Shown here one piece after another: positions 59,190 through 64,000 of a stretch of DNA of 64,000 nucleotides. The notes under the pieces were generated by a model, which saw nothing but the letters and a program-made list of their open reading frames with translations, searched no databases and was not told where the DNA came from. Source of the DNA: Pelagibacterales bacterium SAG-MED15. Lineage in GTDB: Bacteria; Pseudomonadota; Alphaproteobacteria; Pelagibacterales; Pelagibacteraceae. The DNA lies in NCBI GenBank assembly GCA_014654065.1, contig JACWDM010000004.1:31080-95079 (forward strand), read 5' to 3'. Positions within the stretch are counted from its first letter, which is position 1, and the number at the start of each line of letters is the position of its first letter. A program made the translations under genes and the position numbers.

Positions 59190-59987
59190 ATGAGTGATCT
59201 AGTTTCACAAAATCTAAACATGATTTTTAAGACTCCAAAAGGAGAAACTGTTCATGCATTAAAAGATTTAAATTTTACTCTTAAACAGGGAGAACTTTTA
59301 ACAGTTCTTGGACCATCAGGTTGTGGAAAAACAACTTTATTAAATATTACCGCTGGATTTATAAGACCAACCTCTGGAACAATAACTTTAAATAACAAAG
59401 AAATTGATGGCCCAGGTGTAGAGAGAGGAATGGTTTTTCAACAAGGAGCTTTATTTGAATGGCTTACTGTATCTGAAAATGTCAACTTTGGATTAAGAAT
59501 GAAAAAAGAAGATCCAATTAAAACACAAAAGAAAGTTGATGAATGGTTAGAGATAGTTGGGCTTAAAGGTTTTGGTAATACCCCAACCTACCAATTATCT
59601 GGTGGTATGCAGCAAAGAGTTGCTTTGGCTAGATGTTTAATTAATGATCCAGATTTAATTTTAATGGATGAACCATTAGGTGCTCTTGATGCATTAACAA
59701 GAGAAAAAATGCAGTCATTAGTTTTAAAAATCTGGAAGGAGACTGGAAAAACTATCATTTTAATCACACACTCGGTTGAGGAAGCTTTATTACTTGGAGA
59801 GAGGTTATATGTGATGGCCCCGAGACCAGGTCGTATACATAAAGAATATAAGTTACCATTTGCTTCAATGGGGCTTAATAAAGATTTAAGGGAAATTAAA
59901 AAAAACAAGGATTTTTCCTCTACGCGAGAGGAAATTTTAGAAATGATTTGGGATATGGAAGAAGAAATTATGGGGAAAGAAATTTAA
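59190..59987 (+). CDS. tauB: Taurine/sulfonate ABC ATPase
   Basis: GPSGCGKTT, LSGGMQQRV and DEPLGALDALTRE motifs. Confidence 0.88.
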   Translation: MSDLVSQNLNMIFKTPKGETVHALKDLNFTLKQGELLTVLGPSGCGKTTLLNITAGFIRPTSGTITLNNKEIDGPGVERGMVFQQGALFEWLTVSENVNFGLRMKKEDPIKTQKKVDEWLEIVGLKGFGNTPTYQLSGGMQQRVALARCLINDPDLILMDEPLGALDALTREKMQSLVLKIWKETGKTIILITHSVEEALLLGERLYVMAPRPGRIHKEYKLPFASMGLNKDLREIKKNKDFSSTREEILEMIWDMEEEIMGKEI

Positions 59988-61913
59988 ATGCTTACCCAAT
60001 TAATAACTTTTTTAATTTTTTTTGCTGTTATTGGCTGTATTCTCTATGGAAGACGTTTAATCAAAACTGAAAAAATAGACGCAGTTTTTGGTAACCCTGA
60101 AAGAGCTTTGGGTGGCACCCACTGGGTTATTGTTGGAAGTAGTTTTCTTCTTTTAATTTGGCTTTACTATTCATGGGATATTGCAAAAGGTTTTTATCCA
60201 AAATCAGCAAATGAACTTTGTCAGGTAGCAAAAGTAAATGACTCCTTATTAGGATTAAAATACCAATTTCCTATTGAACAAAGAGAGTTAAAAAGTACTT
60301 CACAAATTAGGCAAGAAAATAAGAACCTTAAAAAAATTACTATAGAAATTCAAAATTCAAATGATCTTAATAATGAACAAAAAACAATTCTTATTGGGTT
60401 TATTACCAAGACTAAACAATTAATTCCTTTATTAACTAATGAAAATTTACTTGAAGGTGAAACTAAACAAAAAATTAATGACATAACTGGTAAGATTAAT
60501 CTTTTAACAGAAAATTTTAAAAAACCTGATTATCCTTTTGAAAATGAACAAGAACGAAATGAAAGACTTAAAGCTGTAAGTGAGGAAGGTGGTTGGGGAA
60601 TAACAAAAGTTGATGCTGGATCGGGAACTATTGAAAATACTATTGAAGTTCCTCTGGTACCTGCAACTAATAGAGGTCTAAAATTTGATGCTGCGGCGCA
60701 AGAATTAAATCTTATAAGTGATGAATTTTTCAAATTAAGAAATCATAATCCAAGGTTTCAAAATACAATTAAAGAACTTAAAAATGATGTTAAAGTTTAC
60801 AGAAATGATTTAAACGACAGCGAAGAGGTAGCTTCTTCTTATGCAAAAAATATTGTTAAAATTGCAAGAAGAATAGAATTTGCAAGTATATACCCACCAA
60901 ATGCATTAGATAAGATGCAAAATGCAATTGTTAATTTTGATAAAGCACAAATAGAAGCTCAGGGTGGATTGAGATTTGTTGATATCTTTTTATTTCCTGC
61001 TGGAACAATTGTTGCTAGTGGTCCAAGTTGTTCTGAGCAAGGATCTGGTAGATGGTTGCCAAAACCATCGGATACATTAAATAAATTTGTTTTAATGTCA
61101 AAACCTAGCGTAGGTTATAAAGAGATACCTCTTCTTTGGATAAATATGGTTGATGTCAGTAAAATGATTGGATTTATTTTACCTGACTGGATTGCTGATA
61201 TATTACCTGGAGATTATCCTGTTCACACAAAAGATGGAATAGTTAAACAAAACTTTAAAGGTAAAGTTTTAAAATTTGTAACAGGTGATTTTAAATTATT
61301 TAAAATACCTGTTCCCTATGGTCATATATGGGATTCTTTTTTAAGAGTTTTCTTAGGATTAGTATTTGGAATAATTATAGGAGTACCTCTAGGATTGTTT
61401 ATGGGTTTAAACAGATTTGCTAAAGGTTTTTTTGATCCATTAATTGAACTTTATAGACCTGTTCCACCTTTAGCATGGGCACCATTAATTATTTCAGTAT
61501 TAGGTATAGATAATACGGGTAAAGTATTTTTACTTTTTATGGTTTCTTTATCTATAATGATCATTTCTGCAAGAGCTGGGGCATCTGGAACTCAATTATC
61601 TAAAATACATGCAGCACATTCTCTTGGTGCATCAAAAAGGCAAATATTAAGATACGTAATATTCCCAAACTCACTTCCAGAAATTCTAACTGGAATTAGA
61701 GTGGCGGTTGGTATGTGTTGGGGTACATTAGTTGCTGCTGAGTTTTTAGCTGGAACTACTGGTATAGGTTTTGTTGAAAATGTTGCAAAAAAATACTTTC
61801 AATATGAGGTTATTTGGATAACGATCTTTATCATGGGTATGCTGGGACTTTTATTCGACGTTACTTTGAGAAAAATAATTGATAAAACTATTCCATGGCG
61901 TGGAAAAGGATAA
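59988..61913 (+). CDS. tauC: Taurine/sulfonate ABC permease with a large N-terminal extension
   Basis: C-terminal FFDPLIELYRPVPPLAW, SLPEILTG.R and WGTLVAAE motifs. Confidence 0.85.
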   Translation: MLTQLITFLIFFAVIGCILYGRRLIKTEKIDAVFGNPERALGGTHWVIVGSSFLLLIWLYYSWDIAKGFYPKSANELCQVAKVNDSLLGLKYQFPIEQRELKSTSQIRQENKNLKKITIEIQNSNDLNNEQKTILIGFITKTKQLIPLLTNENLLEGETKQKINDITGKINLLTENFKKPDYPFENEQERNERLKAVSEEGGWGITKVDAGSGTIENTIEVPLVPATNRGLKFDAAAQELNLISDEFFKLRNHNPRFQNTIKELKNDVKVYRNDLNDSEEVASSYAKNIVKIARRIEFASIYPPNALDKMQNAIVNFDKAQIEAQGGLRFVDIFLFPAGTIVASGPSCSEQGSGRWLPKPSDTLNKFVLMSKPSVGYKEIPLLWINMVDVSKMIGFILPDWIADILPGDYPVHTKDGIVKQNFKGKVLKFVTGDFKLFKIPVPYGHIWDSFLRVFLGLVFGIIIGVPLGLFMGLNRFAKGFFDPLIELYRPVPPLAWAPLIISVLGIDNTGKVFLLFMVSLSIMIISARAGASGTQLSKIHAAHSLGASKRQILRYVIFPNSLPEILTGIRVAVGMCWGTLVAAEFLAGTTGIGFVENVAKKYFQYEVIWITIFIMGMLGLLFDVTLRKIIDKTIPWRGKG

Positions 61914-62956
61914 TAATTGCTTTATTTTTAATTTCATCTGTTGTCGAGGCTGATGAAATTAAACTTAGTAAAATTGTATCTTTAAATCAACCATGGGGCT
62001 CATCATTTATCAATGATGAAGAAATAATTCTCACAGAAAAAGAAGGAAAAATTAAAATAGTAAACATTAATACTAAGAATATTATAGATATTGAACACAA
62101 TTTAAATTTCTTAGTCTATGGACAAGGAGGTTTATTAGATATTTTGCACAAAGATCAAGATTTATGGATATCATACTCTGAAGACAGGGGAGATTGGAAA
62201 ACTAGTACCTCCATTGGTAAAGCAAAACTGAATAGAAAAAAATTGTCTTTTTCAAATATATTTCAAGCAAATCCACCAATTGACTCTGGTTATCATTTTG
62301 GATCAAGGCTAGTTATCAAAGATAATTATTTATTTGCTTCTGCTGGAGAAAGAGGTCAAGGCATGATTGCTCAAGATCCAACCTCTCATCCTGGAAGTAT
62401 AATTAGAATTCATTTAGATGGTAGTATCCCCAAAGATAATCCAAGATTTATGGGTAAAGATAATTGGTTACCTGAAATTTTTCAGATAGGTATTAGGAAT
62501 CCTCAGGGACTTTTCTTGTCCCCTTTTGATCAAAAAGTTTATATGTCAAACCATGGAGCAAAAGGTGGAGATTGGTTTGGTGAAGTCAAAAAAGGAGAAA
62601 ACTATGGATGGAAAATTTTAGGATGGGGTGGAAAAAATTATAGCGGAACAAAAATTGGGCCTAAATGGAAACCTGGTTTCACTAAAGCAATTCAGTACTG
62701 GGTTCCATCAATTGCAGTTAGCGCAATAACAATTTACAAAGGAAATGAATTTAAGGAATGGAATGGTTTAGCTTTAATTACTTCTTTGAAGGATATGTCG
62801 TTAAGATCTCTTGATTTTTCTAACCTTCAAGATGTTAAAGAAAAAGTGATTTTTAAAAATCAAATTGGACGAATAAGAGATATACAAGTGCATCCAACCA
62901 CTGGTAAGATATACTTTTTAAGTAAAGATGCACTATGGTTGATGGAAAAGAATTAA
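61895..62956 (+). CDS. PQQ-dependent aldose sugar dehydrogenase (glucose/sorbosone family)
   Basis: GQGGLLD, HFGSR, GERG, G.RNPQG and NYGW motifs. Confidence 0.88.
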   Translation: MAWKRIIIALFLISSVVEADEIKLSKIVSLNQPWGSSFINDEEIILTEKEGKIKIVNINTKNIIDIEHNLNFLVYGQGGLLDILHKDQDLWISYSEDRGDWKTSTSIGKAKLNRKKLSFSNIFQANPPIDSGYHFGSRLVIKDNYLFASAGERGQGMIAQDPTSHPGSIIRIHLDGSIPKDNPRFMGKDNWLPEIFQIGIRNPQGLFLSPFDQKVYMSNHGAKGGDWFGEVKKGENYGWKILGWGGKNYSGTKIGPKWKPGFTKAIQYWVPSIAVSAITIYKGNEFKEWNGLALITSLKDMSLRSLDFSNLQDVKEKVIFKNQIGRIRDIQVHPTTGKIYFLSKDALWLMEKN

Positions 62957-63945
62957 AAAAAAAATTAATAATAATTTTTAAAAAACATGGTTTAAGTCAT
63001 GGAGATGCTAATATTTCATCAAATGCAATAATAAATGCAGAGTTGGTTGGTGCACATACACATGGTCTTGCAAGATTAAGAATGTATTGTGAAAGAATTA
63101 ATAAAAAAGTAATTAATCCCAAACCAAAAATCAGAATAAAAAAAATTTCCCAATCAATTTCTCACATTGATGCAAATAATAGCATAGGATTTGTAGCTGC
63201 TGATGTTGGTATTAAACAAGCAATAATAAATGCAAAAAAAACTGGTATTGGATTAGTTGGTATTAAAAATAGTGGTCACTATGGTTTGTCTGGCTACTAT
63301 GCTGAACAAGCTGTAAAAAAAAATTTAATAGTTTTATGTTTTACAAATGCACCTCCTGCAATAGCACCTCACGGTTCTAGAAAAAAGTTGTTTGGAACTA
63401 ATCCAATATGTTTTGGATCACCAAGCTCATCCAAAGTGCCTTTTATTTTAGATACCTCAGTTTCAGAAATTAATAGAGGAAAAATAAGAGTTGCTGCCAA
63501 AACTGGAAAAAAAATTCCTGCTGGTGTTGCTTTAGATAAGTTTGGCAAGCCAACAACAGATGCAAAAAAAGCATTATTAGGTGTTCAGTTACCGTTGGGT
63601 GGATTTAGAGGATCAGGTTTAGCTTGGATGGTAGATATATTAAGTGGAGTTATGACTGGTGCTAACCATGGTGGAAAAGTTAAAGATCCTTTTGATGACT
63701 TTTCAGGACCACAAAATGTTGGGCATATGTTTTTAACAATTAAACCAAACCTATTTGTTGGAAATTTTAATGAAAAAATAAAACAGAATATTAAAAGGGT
63801 TAAGGGCTCACCTAAAATCAAGGGTGTAAAAGAAATTTTGTACCCAGGACAAAACAAACAGAAAAAATTTAATAAAAATGTAAATAAAAAAATATATATT
63901 TCAGATAATATTAAAAATGATTTAGAGAGTTTAATTGCTTCTTGA
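62935..63945 (+). CDS. Ldh_2 (malate/L-lactate/sulfolactate/ureidoglycolate) dehydrogenase family
   Basis: THGL.RL, SGHYG, GTNPI, LP.GG.RGSGL and YPG motifs. Confidence 0.88.
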   Translation: MVDGKELKKKLIIIFKKHGLSHGDANISSNAIINAELVGAHTHGLARLRMYCERINKKVINPKPKIRIKKISQSISHIDANNSIGFVAADVGIKQAIINAKKTGIGLVGIKNSGHYGLSGYYAEQAVKKNLIVLCFTNAPPAIAPHGSRKKLFGTNPICFGSPSSSKVPFILDTSVSEINRGKIRVAAKTGKKIPAGVALDKFGKPTTDAKKALLGVQLPLGGFRGSGLAWMVDILSGVMTGANHGGKVKDPFDDFSGPQNVGHMFLTIKPNLFVGNFNEKIKQNIKRVKGSPKIKGVKEILYPGQNKQKKFNKNVNKKIYISDNIKNDLESLIAS

Positions 63946-63969
63946 CAATTAATTATCTCTAATTATAGT
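63942..63969 (+). promoter_or_regulatory. Candidate sigma70 promoter for the next gene
   Basis: TTGACA, 16-nt spacer, TATAGT; an ATG follows at 63991. Confidence 0.4.
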
Positions 63970-64000
63970 TTTTTTCATAAGCTTAAAATTATGGAATCAA

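Noticed and set aside
2487..63857. Many short ORFs (60-111 aa) in the track that lie antisense or out of frame within larger genes, e.g. 2487, 5155, 16724, 33551, 54343, 58406, 63585
   Set aside because: They overlap well-supported genes almost entirely and have no recognisable motifs, so they are most likely shadow ORFs
1..64000. CRISPR arrays, IS elements, integrases, prophage structural genes, rRNA
   Set aside because: No repeat-spacer pattern or corresponding protein motifs seen by eye

Overview
Very AT-rich, gene-dense DNA with tiny or overlapping intergenic spaces. Gene content and style resemble a streamlined marine alphaproteobacterium of the SAR11/Pelagibacter type (inference, not a database result). 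Left to right: (1) the 5' end of dusA; (2) a ~24 kb catabolic block with a TRAP transporter, CoA-transferase, ALDH, VOC protein, homocysteine methyltransferase and DddQ-like cupin, followed by a quaternary-amine ABC transporter with gamma-butyrobetaine dioxygenase-like, carnitine dehydrogenase, BKACE, class II aldolase, TauD and choline dehydrogenase genes; (3) rpoZ and mixed housekeeping genes, including a cis-CaaD-like tautomerase; (4) a polar amino acid ABC transporter, a SpeD-SpeE fusion and an MtnP/GFA/MtnA/aldolase methylthioadenosine salvage cluster with apt; (5) a surface-glycan island around tRNA-Met; (6) a GcvT-family dehydrogenase, a SET-domain protein, alanine dehydrogenase, an aminotransferase and a taurine-type ABC transporter. 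I saw no integrase, transposase, CRISPR array or rRNA. The best candidates for undescribed biology are the upstream branch of the butyrobetaine/carnitine cluster, the HMT-DddQ operon, the GFA gene inside the MTA salvage operon, the SET gene and the cis-CaaD homologue. All functional calls come from motif recognition by eye.
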